Positions 19,370-28,593 of a stretch of DNA of 64,000 nt are shown one piece after another. The notes beneath the pieces are model-generated. The model did not search any database, was not told where the DNA came from, and worked only from the letters and a program-made list of their open reading frames with translations. Position 1 is the first letter of the stretch; every line of letters starts with the position of its first letter. Position numbers and translations under genes: made by a program. The stretch is from positions 41,952 to 105,951 of IMG/VR virus record IMGVR_UViG_3300002461_000323. One strand, written 5' to 3'. This stretch comes from a virus.

Positions 19370-21022
19370 ATGAGCGTAGAGAACGCCAACCGAGACCTAC
19401 CTCGCGGCGTTCGCGGGGGCTCGGTCGCCTGGGACCTGGAGCAGTCCGGGACCTTACTGCAGGACGACTACTTTGCGTCGGTTCCTGCGGGTAACGACAC
19501 GGCCCTCGTAGGCTCTGCCGTTGCCACGGCCACGACCACGGCCAGCCTGACCACCGGCATCCGCCTGGGCAGTGCGGTAGCTGCTGTGGCGGCATCCAGC
19601 GGGGCGCTGACGACCAACATCCGCCTGCAATCAAGTGCATCGGCAACCTCAAGCGCATCCGCAGCCTTGAGCGTGGGCGTGGGGTTCACCGCCGCAGCGA
19701 CCGCGAGTGCGACCGCCACAGGTAACCTGACGACCGCGATCTCCATGCAGGCGGCTGCTCAGGCCGTGGCGTCGGTCAACGCGGTGCTGCGAGTGGGTGT
19801 GGCGTTCACCGGGTCTGCCGTGGCGATCGCGAGCACCACCGCGAACTTGACCGTGGGCGTGGTCTTCAACGGCTCGGCTGTGGCCTCGTCCACGACGACA
19901 GCCAGCCTGACCACCCAGATCAGCTTCGTCGGCAGTGCACAGGCTACGGCGACAACCACCGCTGAACTGACGGTCGCACCAGGCTTCAGTGCAGCCGCAA
20001 CGGCGATTGCAAGCGCTATTGCCACGTTGGGCACGCAGATTCGTCTGCAAGCCAGCGTAGCCGCGACCGTGGTCTCCGGGGCTGTTCTGGCAACCCAAGT
20101 ACGGCTGGTGACCTCGGCCCTCGGCGTTGCCAGCGCTTCCGGATCACTGACGACCCAGGTACGGCTTGCATCTGCTGCGTTGGCAACTGCCACCAGCACT
20201 GCAGGCCTTCTTACTGCCATTCGATTGGTGGGCTCTGGCTCGGCAGCCTCGCTGTCCACTGGCTCGTTGCAGACCGCCATCAGCCTCGTTGGCTCTGCCC
20301 AGGCGCGGGCAACCGTCATCGCGTCGAATCTCCAGGTCGGCGAGAGCATGCTCGCGTCGGTACAGGCGAAGGCGACCGCCTCCGGCAACCTAACAACCAT
20401 CGTGCGTCTGGTGGGTTCAGCCCCGGCGATCTCCAGTGCATCGGGAGTGCTGCGGGTCGGAGCGCTCTTCACCTCCACGGCCACGGCCACTGCAGCCGCT
20501 ACGGCCAACCTCACGGTCGCCACACGCTTCAACGGCACCGCCAGCGCGACCGCCAGTGCCTCCGGCAACCTGACGACCTCTGTCCGGCTGGTGGGAGCGG
20601 CCACGGTCACCGCACTGGCATCCGGCGTAATCGCAGGTGCTGCTGCTGAACTGCAATCGATTGCACAGGCTCGGGCAACCGCCACGGGTGTGCTCACGTC
20701 CCCAGTGGACCTGGCTGGACAGGCGGCAGCAACCTCGGTCGCCAGCGGTAGCCTGCAGACCTCCATCCAGTTGGCCGGTGTCGCGACCGCGACTGCCCGT
20801 GCTCAGGGCAGCCTGCCAGCGCCGTTCGTACCCAACCCTGATCGCATCTGGGTTATTCCGGCTGAAGATCGGACGCTCGAAATCTTGGCCGAGGACCGGA
20901 CTACCGAAGTCCCGTATGAGGACCGTGTGATCGAAATCCCGTACGAACTGCGGGTTCTCGTGGTCCCGTACGAGGTGCGTACGCTGGTCGTTCAGGCGGA
21001 CAAGGGCGGTCTGATCGTCTGA
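19370..21022 (+). CDS. Ala/Thr/Ser-rich repeat fibre protein
   Basis: About 21 repeats of a 20-aa unit, followed by five 9-aa (I/V)xxExR repeats at the C-terminus. Confidence 0.65.
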   Translation: MSVENANRDLPRGVRGGSVAWDLEQSGTLLQDDYFASVPAGNDTALVGSAVATATTTASLTTGIRLGSAVAAVAASSGALTTNIRLQSSASATSSASAALSVGVGFTAAATASATATGNLTTAISMQAAAQAVASVNAVLRVGVAFTGSAVAIASTTANLTVGVVFNGSAVASSTTTASLTTQISFVGSAQATATTTAELTVAPGFSAAATAIASAIATLGTQIRLQASVAATVVSGAVLATQVRLVTSALGVASASGSLTTQVRLASAALATATSTAGLLTAIRLVGSGSAASLSTGSLQTAISLVGSAQARATVIASNLQVGESMLASVQAKATASGNLTTIVRLVGSAPAISSASGVLRVGALFTSTATATAAATANLTVATRFNGTASATASASGNLTTSVRLVGAATVTALASGVIAGAAAELQSIAQARATATGVLTSPVDLAGQAAATSVASGSLQTSIQLAGVATATARAQGSLPAPFVPNPDRIWVIPAEDRTLEILAEDRTTEVPYEDRVIEIPYELRVLVVPYEVRTLVVQADKGGLIV

Positions 21023-21068
21023 TCGCGAGCTAGGTGCGGCGATAATCCCTGATCTTCAAGGAGTGGTC

Positions 21069-21389
21069 ATGCGCAGAAAAGTTGTAGACACGATCGTCCC
21101 CTCGGGCGGCAACATCGTAACCGCCGATCTCAGTTCAGACGCCTACCAACTGCTGGTCGTTCCTGTGGGAACGGTCACGGTCGAGCGATTCAACGCACGT
21201 GACGGGGTGGGCGCTCCGGTCGATCCCCAGCCTGTGAACGATCAGGGTGGCGCGACCCCGATGACCGGCATCGCAGCCGCCGCAACCGTGGCCCAGCGCA
21301 CGGGCGTCGTCCCCTACCCAGGGTGCTCGGGCTTCAAGGTCTCAGCCGTAGGTGGTTCCTGCCGTGTGGTCATCTTCGGAGTCGAGTGA
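21069..21389 (+). CDS. hypothetical protein
   Basis: SD AAGGAG before the ATG. Confidence 0.55.
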   Translation: MRRKVVDTIVPSGGNIVTADLSSDAYQLLVVPVGTVTVERFNARDGVGAPVDPQPVNDQGGATPMTGIAAAATVAQRTGVVPYPGCSGFKVSAVGGSCRVVIFGVE

Positions 21390-21748
21390 TGACCGGAGAG
21401 CACGACCAGCAGCAGCACCCCACCCAACTTACTCCAGCCGAACTACGCATCGTGAGCCTGCGACTTGAAGTACTCCATGGTGATGTTCAGGACATGAGGT
21501 CGGTCTTGAAAGACCTGACATCCGCGATCACCAAGCTGGCCCTCATCGAAGAGCGCCAGACGCAGGCTGGACAGGCTCAGGAGCGTGCGTTCACGGCCTT
21601 GGAGAAGGTTGAGTCCCGCTTGGCAGCCCTGGAAGCCGATCGGAAGTCGAACAACAAGGCGACCGAGTGGGTGGACAAGGTTCAGTGGCTGGCGCTCGGT
21701 GCGCTCGTCATGTACGTCCTCAAGTCAGTTGGAATCATCGGGAGTTGA
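21389..21748 (+). CDS. coiled-coil membrane protein (XhlA/holin-like)
   Basis: Coiled coil plus one C-terminal TM segment; first part of the lysis cassette. Confidence 0.6.
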   Translation: MTGEHDQQQHPTQLTPAELRIVSLRLEVLHGDVQDMRSVLKDLTSAITKLALIEERQTQAGQAQERAFTALEKVESRLAALEADRKSNNKATEWVDKVQWLALGALVMYVLKSVGIIGS

Positions 21749-21750
21749 TC

Positions 21751-22161
21751 ATGGGAAACATTGAACGCTTGGCCGGGACGATCTCGGTCGAACTGCTGAT
21801 CGCTGCGGTGGTCCTCGGGGTACTGTTCGCGTTCTTCGCTGGCATCCTCGTGTGGGCGCAAATCCGCAAGGGCAGCACGTTCGACGTCGGCAACTTCCTG
21901 CGGGATGACCAGGGCAAGGAAAGCTCTGGCCGGGCCTTCGGGTTCATCGCGTTGGCTGTTCACTGCTGGTGGGTGGTGACTCTCGTGTTCCAGAAAGAGG
22001 CGACGATCGACCACTTTCTGTGGTTCGGCATCATCTGGGCGGGCACGCCAGTGATCACGATCCTCGCTCATCGCTGGGGCGGCAACCTCCCGTTCTCTCA
22101 GAACGGCTCGCCTCCGACGCTTCCGCCTCCGGGTGGGTACACCGGACCGGACAACAGGTGA
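21751..22161 (+). CDS. putative holin
   Basis: Three hydrophobic segments; SD GGGAG; upstream of the endolysin. Confidence 0.6.
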   Translation: MGNIERLAGTISVELLIAAVVLGVLFAFFAGILVWAQIRKGSTFDVGNFLRDDQGKESSGRAFGFIALAVHCWWVVTLVFQKEATIDHFLWFGIIWAGTPVITILAHRWGGNLPFSQNGSPPTLPPPGGYTGPDNR

Positions 22162-22327
22162 GCCATGGACACCCGGTACTCGATCAGACGCGCCCAGACC
22201 CGGAATGCGGCCGAGCGCAACCTCGACGAGTACCGGCTTCGGCAGGACGAGACGGTGATCGAGCTTGAGAAGGCGGTGATCGCTAACCTGATGCTCACCG
22301 GCAAAGATTTTCTAACCAAAGGAGTTG

Positions 22328-22942
22328 ATGATGCGAAAGAGCCTGAGAGCGTTGATGGTGGTCGCGGCAGTGGCGATGGCGGGGTCGGTGTTCGCACAGG
22401 CAGCCCCCGCGCCGACCGTCGAGTTCCCCGTGTGCTGGCCAAAAGAGATCGGCGGCTCCGGAACCTCGGTGATGCATGAGAGCCTGCAGACGGCCGACGG
22501 TGCGATCAAGGGTCAGTTCTGGGGGTGGTGGTGCAAGCTACCGGACGGCAAGGTCCAGCCTTGGCTGGCGGTTCACCGAAATGAGTACGCGTACAACCTG
22601 CCGTCCCATGATCCTACGCTCCCGCTGATCGACAAGGTGCGGTTGTACTGGGCTGCGAATGCCAAGCCGTTCGATGCGACGACCCAGCCGTTGGCTGACC
22701 TGGCGATGGCCCGGTTACAGGCGATCAAGCCGGTTGCCAGCCAGTACGTGGTCACGCAATTGATTGCAGGGATTCCGAAGACCCCGACTTACACGGTGGT
22801 CAACAACGCGTTGGTCTGGAACGCAGAACGCGCTGACTCCGGCGCAGCCTGTGATTGTCAGACCCAGAAGGTGGAGATCAAGGGCCTCACGTACTGCCGC
22901 ATCCCCGGCCGCACGGTTGTCGCTCAGTGCAAGGTCCGGTGA
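22328..22942 (+). CDS. secreted Cys-containing hypothetical protein
   Basis: SD AAGGAG; signal peptide MMRKSLRALMVVAAVAMAGSVFA; six Cys. Confidence 0.6.
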   Translation: MMRKSLRALMVVAAVAMAGSVFAQAAPAPTVEFPVCWPKEIGGSGTSVMHESLQTADGAIKGQFWGWWCKLPDGKVQPWLAVHRNEYAYNLPSHDPTLPLIDKVRLYWAANAKPFDATTQPLADLAMARLQAIKPVASQYVVTQLIAGIPKTPTYTVVNNALVWNAERADSGAACDCQTQKVEIKGLTYCRIPGRTVVAQCKVR

Positions 22943-23613
22943 TGCCCGAAGTCCTGTCAGTCAAACAGATCGCGGCGGTTATCGACTGCCCTGAGGCTCG
23001 GGCGTTGATCTGGTACACCCCGATCAACCTCGCTCTCCAGAAGTACGAGATCACCACACGGCTTCGACAGGCCGCGTTCTTGTCTCAGATCGCGCACGAG
23101 AGTGGCAAGCTCCGTTCGGTGGTCGAGAACCTGAACTACTCGGCGGTCGGCCTGGCCGGCACTTGGCCTTCACGGTACGCGGTGGACCCGAAGGCCCGGA
23201 AGAAGCAGCCGAACGAACTGGCGCTCCGTTTGCACCGCAAGCCCGAGCAGATCGCGAACCACACATACGCGAACCGCATGGAGAACGGCCCTCCAGAGTC
23301 CGGCGACGGGTGGAAGTACAGGGGCAGAGGTCCGAAACAATGCACCGGAGCCCGCAATTACCGCCTGTACCAGGAGTTCAGCACCCGCCCGGTGTTGAAG
23401 AACCCAGACCTGTTGCTTGATCCGGAGATCGGCATGGACGTCGCCGGGTGGTTCTGGGACACCAACAACTGCGGACCCATGGCCGACAGGGGCGACATCA
23501 AGGGTGTTACGATCGCGATCAACGGCGGCTTGATCGGCTACGAGGACGGCAACGACTTCGGACTCGACGATCGGGTCGAACTCTACCAAAATGGGTTGAT
23601 GGTGCTCGCATGA
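22942..23613 (+). CDS. endolysin, glycoside hydrolase family 19
   Basis: AAFLSQIAHESG..ENLNYS...GDGWKYRGRG..Q.TG..NY...INGG motifs. Confidence 0.9.
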   Translation: MPEVLSVKQIAAVIDCPEARALIWYTPINLALQKYEITTRLRQAAFLSQIAHESGKLRSVVENLNYSAVGLAGTWPSRYAVDPKARKKQPNELALRLHRKPEQIANHTYANRMENGPPESGDGWKYRGRGPKQCTGARNYRLYQEFSTRPVLKNPDLLLDPEIGMDVAGWFWDTNNCGPMADRGDIKGVTIAINGGLIGYEDGNDFGLDDRVELYQNGLMVLA

Positions 23614-24095
23614 ACTTCAGTGACAACGCCTTCAAGCTCGTGGCCGAACTCGACTTCCGCCAGGGCACGATGCACCGCACGTTCTACGATGAACGCGGGC
23701 GTCTGGGCGTTGGCTACGGGCACGTGCTGAAGACCGGCGAGAGCGTGAAGGTGCCGATGGCCTCGCACATCGCCGCCGCGTTGCTGCTGGCTGACCTCAA
23801 GGACGTCTACGCGTTGATCAAGCCGCGTGTGCAGAACCTGAGCCAGTGCCAGGTGGACGCGGTTGTCGCCTGGGGCTTCTGCGCGATGCAGGGCCGGTGT
23901 GAGTCCGGTGACGGCCAGACGTTCGAAGACAGTCGGCTGCTGGAGTACGCACAGGCAGGAAAGGTCCACCTGACGGCCGCCGAGTTCGACAACTGGGCGT
24001 CGATCAAAGGGCGCCCGAGCATCCCGCTGTCCCGCCGTCGGCAGTTGGAGCAACTGATGTTCCTTGGCAACTACACCCCGAAAGGCCGGTCATGA
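23610..24095 (+). CDS. GH24 lysozyme-like protein, probably catalytically degenerate
   Basis: GYGH, LSQ.Q.DA, AAEF..W and L.RRR..E..MF motifs are present; the catalytic E and T positions are Q and G. Confidence 0.7.
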   Translation: MNFSDNAFKLVAELDFRQGTMHRTFYDERGRLGVGYGHVLKTGESVKVPMASHIAAALLLADLKDVYALIKPRVQNLSQCQVDAVVAWGFCAMQGRCESGDGQTFEDSRLLEYAQAGKVHLTAAEFDNWASIKGRPSIPLSRRRQLEQLMFLGNYTPKGRS

Positions 24096-24694
24096 TTCAA
24101 GCTGCGCTCGGCCTGCTGTTGAGCCCCCGGGTGCTCGGGGCCATCGCGGTCGCCGGTGCCTGCTGGTGGGGCTACAACCACGTACAGGGCGTTGGCTACG
24201 ACCGGGCGGTGGCCGAGTACCAGCCCCAAGTTAAAGCGCTCACAGAGGCTCTTACGAAAGAACGCAAGGAGCGATCAGATGAACAGGCTCTGGCGAAAGC
24301 TCGATCGGAGGCCGCGGATGCTGAGTACCGGGCGCGTGAAAAAGAGTTGGAAGCCCAAGTGGCAAAAGCAGGAGAACTTTATGAGAAATCCCAGTCCGAG
24401 AACTCGGTTCGTTTGGCTGCTGAGCGTGAACGTGCTGATCGTGCTGTTGCTGCTGCTGGCAGGTTGTCAGACGACCTCAGGCGTTTTGCAGCCGGAGGTT
24501 CCGAAGCCGGTGGTGATTCCCTCACCGCCTGCAGTGCGCGTGCCGTTGCCCTCGGGAGCCTACTGGGAGAAACACTCGCAGTCGGTCAACGAGTTCTGCG
24601 ACGTTCAGCAGAGAACGCAGAAGCTGCTGAGTCAAACGCCGACGCCGTGCGAGCGCTGACCACCGCCTGGCCTGTTGTTGACAAACCGAAGTGA
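24092..24694 (+). CDS. Rz: i-spanin (Rz-like)
   Basis: N-terminal TM segment plus a long coiled coil, following the endolysins. Confidence 0.8.
   Translation: MIQAALGLLLSPRVLGAIAVAGACWWGYNHVQGVGYDRAVAEYQPQVKALTEALTKERKERSDEQALAKARSEAADAEYRAREKELEAQVAKAGELYEKSQSENSVRLAAERERADRAVAAAGRLSDDLRRFAAGGSEAGGDSLTACSARAVALGSLLGETLAVGQRVLRRSAENAEAAESNADAVRALTTAWPVVDKPK
24381..24659 (+). CDS. Rz1: o-spanin lipoprotein (Rz1-like), fully embedded in the i-spanin gene
   Basis: SD AGGAG at 24370; hydrophobic stretch and LAGC lipobox; Pro-rich; alternative frame. Confidence 0.8.
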   Translation: MRNPSPRTRFVWLLSVNVLIVLLLLLAGCQTTSGVLQPEVPKPVVIPSPPAVRVPLPSGAYWEKHSQSVNEFCDVQQRTQKLLSQTPTPCER

Positions 24695-24706
24695 CTGTGT
24701 TATAAT
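24678..24706 (+). promoter_or_regulatory. sigma70-type promoter
   Basis: TTGACA-17-TATAAT. Confidence 0.85.
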
Positions 24707-24765
24707 GTAGTACAGGCTGATCCTGGCCTGTAACACAGTTCTTTCAACATGCAATGGAGTGCAAT

Positions 24766-25026
24766 ATGGCAAAGACAAAGTCCAAGTACCTTCCCGAGCC
24801 CCGAGGCAAGGAAATGCGGTGTGGCATCAAAGTCTCATGGCAGTACTACGAGACTGAGGAGCAGGCCCGGTCAGCCGCCAAGGTGGCGGAACACAACGCA
24901 GAAGTGGCCTGGCAACAGGGCTATGACTTCGGGTACCAGACTCCTGGGTCTGTACGTCTGATGGACGATAACCTGCAAGGAGAGTGGGCCAAGTACAGCG
25001 GTCTCTGGGAAGTCTGCTTCCCCTGA
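24766..25026 (+). CDS. early hypothetical protein
   Basis: Follows the promoter and a GGAG SD. Confidence 0.65.
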   Translation: MAKTKSKYLPEPRGKEMRCGIKVSWQYYETEEQARSAAKVAEHNAEVAWQQGYDFGYQTPGSVRLMDDNLQGEWAKYSGLWEVCFP

Positions 25027-25052
25027 ATGCAATCGATTGCAGTCATCCGGTC

Positions 25053-25080
25053 TTGACAAACTGGCTGACTGTGTTAAAAT
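25053..25080 (+). promoter_or_regulatory. sigma70-type promoter
   Basis: TTGACA-16-TAAAAT. Confidence 0.75.
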
Positions 25081-25155
25081 CAGGGTTCCAGTGCGTGAGT
25101 GAGTGCCTCACGGTCAACGCTGGAACCTTCTTGCACTCGGTAACGGAGTACCTCT

Positions 25156-27165
25156 ATGTCATCTGACTTCCATCATTTCGCGGCGCATGTGCACGCCCGC
25201 TTCAAGGCGTTCATCCCAGACAAAATCTACGCGGTCGGCAACGACGGTCAGAAAGTCTGGGAGGCCTACCTCTCGTTCTTCCCCGCAGGCACCGATCCGA
25301 TCTTCCGGGTGAACACCGAACACACCTGCAGTTGCTGCCGGAACTTCGTGAAGAACCTGGGCGCGGCCGTGATGCTCAAGGACGGTGTGATCCACACGGT
25401 CTGGGACAGCGGGCAGACGCTCCCGCACCCGTACAACGTCGTGGCCGAGCGCATGCACCAGTTCGTGCTCTCGCTGCCGTTGAACTCGATCTACCGCACG
25501 AACATGCCCAGCTACGGAAATCAGGTGACCAAGGAGTTGCTGGCCGACGGCAAGGTCCACAACTGGAACCACTTCCATGCGACCTTGCCTGCGCTGCTGG
25601 TGCACAAAGAGCCGGATGCGATCATCGGTGTGGCGCGTGGTGCCATCCAGGTGGCTGAGCGCGGGCTCAACGAACTCACGATCCAGGCCGTGTACACCGT
25701 GCTCGAACTCATGGAGCAGAAGACGCTCTACCGTGGCGAGGAGTTCAAGGACAGCGTGCAGGCCTTCCGTGACCTCAAGCGGGTGTACGACAAGCTCCCG
25801 ATCACCCAGCAGGAGGTCTTCGCCTGGGAGAACTACAACCTCAAGGGTGCGCAGGTCCGCAACAGCGTGATCGGCACGTTGTTGATCGCCCTCTCCGAGG
25901 GTGTGGACACCGAGGATGCGGTCAAAGCCTACGAGGCGAAGGTCGCTCCGGCGAACTACAAGCGTCCGACCGCTCTGATCACCCCGAAGATGGTCGAAGC
26001 GGCGATGGCCGAGATCAAGGAACAGGGCCTGGAGACTGCACTCGAACGCCGTCACGCTCGTCTGGCCGACATCAAGATCAACAACGTGCTGTGGGCTGAC
26101 ACCCACGTGAAGCCGACTGCCAAAGGCGGGTTGATGGACGCGCTGATGGAGCAGACGGTGAAAACTCCGGTGAAAGTCACGAAAGACGCCGAGGATGTGT
26201 CGATCCACGAGTTCATGCAGAACATCTTGCCGAAAGCCAAGTCGATGGAAGTCCTGTTGACCGGCAAGCACTTGGGCAACTTCGTGAGCCTGACCGCGCC
26301 CGTGCACCCAGACTCCGAGCGGCTGTTCAAGTGGGACAACAAGTTCGCCTGGTCATACGACGGCTCGGTCACCGACTCGATCACCGCCAAGGTCAAGGCC
26401 GCTGGCGGAAACGTGGACGCGCTCATGCGGTTCAGCCTCGCGTGGTCGAACTTCGATGACCTGGACTTCCACTTGCGTGGCCCGAGCGGTGCTCACGTGT
26501 ACTTCGGTCGCAAGATCGGGGCGTACGCGCACTTGGATGTTGACATGAATGCCGGGGGTGGCAGCACTCGCACGCCGGTCGAGAACATCGCGCTCTCCCA
26601 GCTTCCTGACGGCCTGTACGCGGTCTCGGTCAACCAGTATCATCGGCGCGAGAGCATCGACGTCGGGTACACCGTTCAGTACGCGTACAACGGCCAGATC
26701 ATCGAGTTGACGTCCGCGAAATCACCTGCGCAGGGCGATTTCGATCAGGTGGTCACGCTCACGGTCAAGAAGGGCGAGGTCGTGGACTTCAAACCCGGCC
26801 CGGGGCTCACTGTTGGGGCATCCGAGCAGGACAAGTGGGGGCTGACGACCGAGAACTTCGCACGCGTGAAGACCGTGATGTACAGCCCCAACCACTGGGA
26901 TGAACAGAACGTGGGCAACCGCCACTGGTTCTTCATCTTGGACGGCTGCAGGAACCCTGACCCGGTTCGCGGCGTCTACAACGAATTCTTGATGCCCGGC
27001 ATGGAGAAGCACCGCAAGGTCTTCGAAGTCCTGGGTGACAAGACCAAGGCCCCGGTCGCTGACGAACAACTCAGCGGTCTCGGGTTTTCGAGCACCAAGC
27101 CGGACAAGTTGACGGTCTTGGTCAAAGGCGACAAGCTGAACAAGCTGGTCAACGTGGTCTTCTGA
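25156..27165 (+). CDS. conserved phage protein (669 aa) with a YfaP/DUF2135-like domain
   Basis: HTCSCC near the N-terminus; SLAW..DDLDFH...LDVD......PVENI motif. Confidence 0.65.
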   Translation: MSSDFHHFAAHVHARFKAFIPDKIYAVGNDGQKVWEAYLSFFPAGTDPIFRVNTEHTCSCCRNFVKNLGAAVMLKDGVIHTVWDSGQTLPHPYNVVAERMHQFVLSLPLNSIYRTNMPSYGNQVTKELLADGKVHNWNHFHATLPALLVHKEPDAIIGVARGAIQVAERGLNELTIQAVYTVLELMEQKTLYRGEEFKDSVQAFRDLKRVYDKLPITQQEVFAWENYNLKGAQVRNSVIGTLLIALSEGVDTEDAVKAYEAKVAPANYKRPTALITPKMVEAAMAEIKEQGLETALERRHARLADIKINNVLWADTHVKPTAKGGLMDALMEQTVKTPVKVTKDAEDVSIHEFMQNILPKAKSMEVLLTGKHLGNFVSLTAPVHPDSERLFKWDNKFAWSYDGSVTDSITAKVKAAGGNVDALMRFSLAWSNFDDLDFHLRGPSGAHVYFGRKIGAYAHLDVDMNAGGGSTRTPVENIALSQLPDGLYAVSVNQYHRRESIDVGYTVQYAYNGQIIELTSAKSPAQGDFDQVVTLTVKKGEVVDFKPGPGLTVGASEQDKWGLTTENFARVKTVMYSPNHWDEQNVGNRHWFFILDGCRNPDPVRGVYNEFLMPGMEKHRKVFEVLGDKTKAPVADEQLSGLGFSSTKPDKLTVLVKGDKLNKLVNVVF

Positions 27166-27198
27166 CCGTCCATTCTCACCATCCATCTGGAGTATCAA

Positions 27199-27600
27199 AT
27201 GAACATCTTCGAACAAGCCTCCCGTCAGTGCCTCCGCTTCAACAGCATCCGTGGCGCGATCATGGTCGAACACCTGTGGCAGGCACCCCTGCAGTCGAAA
27301 GACGGGTTCGATCTCGACACGATCGCCAAGGGCATCGCCAAGGAGATCAAGGAGGCCGACGAGGGCAGCTTCGTGAACACGACCACCAGCCCGGCCAAGG
27401 CCGAGAACGAACTCCGTCTGGAGATCGTGAAGTTCGTGATCGCCGACAAGATCGCCGAGCAGAAGGCACGTGAGCAGGCGGTGCAGATCGCTGCCCGCAA
27501 GAAGAAGCTCAAGGACGCGCTGGCTCAGAAGCAGGACGCTGCGCTCATGGACATGACGCCCGAGCAGATCGCGGCCGAGATCGAGGCCTTGGGCTCCTGA
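27199..27600 (+). CDS. conserved phage coiled-coil hypothetical protein
   Basis: SD GGAG; MNIFEQASR..LRF...RG N-terminus. Confidence 0.65.
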   Translation: MNIFEQASRQCLRFNSIRGAIMVEHLWQAPLQSKDGFDLDTIAKGIAKEIKEADEGSFVNTTTSPAKAENELRLEIVKFVIADKIAEQKAREQAVQIAARKKKLKDALAQKQDAALMDMTPEQIAAEIEALGS

Positions 27601-27605
27601 GCGTC

Positions 27606-27971
27606 ATGGGACGCACAACACTCACGCTGCACCGTCAAGGGCAGTTCAAGGCCGTACTCTCTGGCGACAACCACTGCGGGGTGGCACCCGCTGGACTGTT
27701 CGAGCCGCTGACGCTCAAGTACGACTTCCGGGCCGTCTGCAAGCCGACACTCGATGAACGGGGCTTCCTGTTCGAGCAGTTGAACGTGGACAAGCACTTC
27801 CAGACCATCCGGGCGATCGACGTCTCCTGCGAAGAACTGGTGGTGCGGGTCGCCGGAGAGTTGATCAAGCTGATCAAGGAAGAACACCCCGGGTGCAAGC
27901 TCAAGCGGGTGACGCTGATGATCAGCGCGTCTCCGCACATGGCGGACATGACGTACGACTGGAAGGCCTGA
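27606..27971 (+). CDS. divergent T-fold protein (QueD/PTPS-like)
   Basis: Size plus LDERGFLF, SCEELV and VTLMISAS segments resemble 6-pyruvoyl-tetrahydropterin synthase. Confidence 0.4.
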   Translation: MGRTTLTLHRQGQFKAVLSGDNHCGVAPAGLFEPLTLKYDFRAVCKPTLDERGFLFEQLNVDKHFQTIRAIDVSCEELVVRVAGELIKLIKEEHPGCKLKRVTLMISASPHMADMTYDWKA

Positions 27972-28000
27972 CCTTCTGCAATTGATTGCGCTGCCTGGTC

Positions 28001-28029
28001 TTGACAAACCCGGGCGGCGTGGTTATAAT
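28001..28029 (+). promoter_or_regulatory. sigma70-type promoter
   Basis: TTGACA-17-TATAAT. Confidence 0.85.
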
Positions 28030-28052
28030 TGTCCAACAGCAAAGGAGTGCAT

Positions 28053-28244
28053 ATGGACAAGCAAGACAAGCCGCAAGGCGTTCACCCCGGGATGCGGCCC
28101 TACTTCGAGTGGTTCGCCCCTCCCCATGACGAGCAGGCCGCGATCGAGGCCGACCTCGCATACCAACACATGAAAGACTCCGGCGAACTCCACCGCCGTG
28201 AGTCCGAGCGTGCCCTCCGCATTCAAGTGCAGGGGCAGCCATGA
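28053..28244 (+). CDS. early hypothetical protein
   Basis: SD AAGGAG, ATG at 28053. Confidence 0.6.
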   Translation: MDKQDKPQGVHPGMRPYFEWFAPPHDEQAAIEADLAYQHMKDSGELHRRESERALRIQVQGQP

Positions 28245-28432
28245 TCACCGCTGACCAAGAACTCATGCTGGAAATGCTTGACCTGATCAAGCGCCAGAAA
28301 GAGTGGATCGACGCTGTCCCTCAGGAGACCGTGCTCCCGGCCATGCCTGGGTTCGACGGTGACTGGGCGGCGACGATCATCGGGCAGGCTACCGAGCGTG
28401 CAACCGAAATCAAAGAAGGGCGCTTCAAATGA
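28241..28432 (+). CDS. hypothetical protein
   Basis: ATGA coupled. Confidence 0.55.
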   Translation: MITADQELMLEMLDLIKRQKEWIDAVPQETVLPAMPGFDGDWAATIIGQATERATEIKEGRFK

Positions 28433-28593
28433 CCGACCTGATGATCCTCGGATGGCTCGGCCTGTTCATGGCCTTGACCGCCCTCTACCTATACGGGACG
28501 ATGCCCAAGTACCGCAAGGTCTTCCTGTGCTTCGCTTTCGGCTACGCCACGCTCGTGGCCTTCTTGCTGGTCGAGGCCTACCATGCCCGGTGA
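28429..28593 (+). CDS. small two-TM membrane protein (54 aa, not in the ORF track)
   Basis: ATGA coupled; MTDLMILGWLGLFMALTALYLYG...VFLCFAFGYATLVAFLLVEAYHAR. Confidence 0.55.
   Translation: MTDLMILGWLGLFMALTALYLYGTMPKYRKVFLCFAFGYATLVAFLLVEAYHAR

Noticed and set aside
22165-22479. 104-aa ORF between the holin and the secreted protein
   Set aside because: The first half is plausible, but it overlaps the better-supported 22328 gene by about 150 nt and has no motif, so it is left uncalled.
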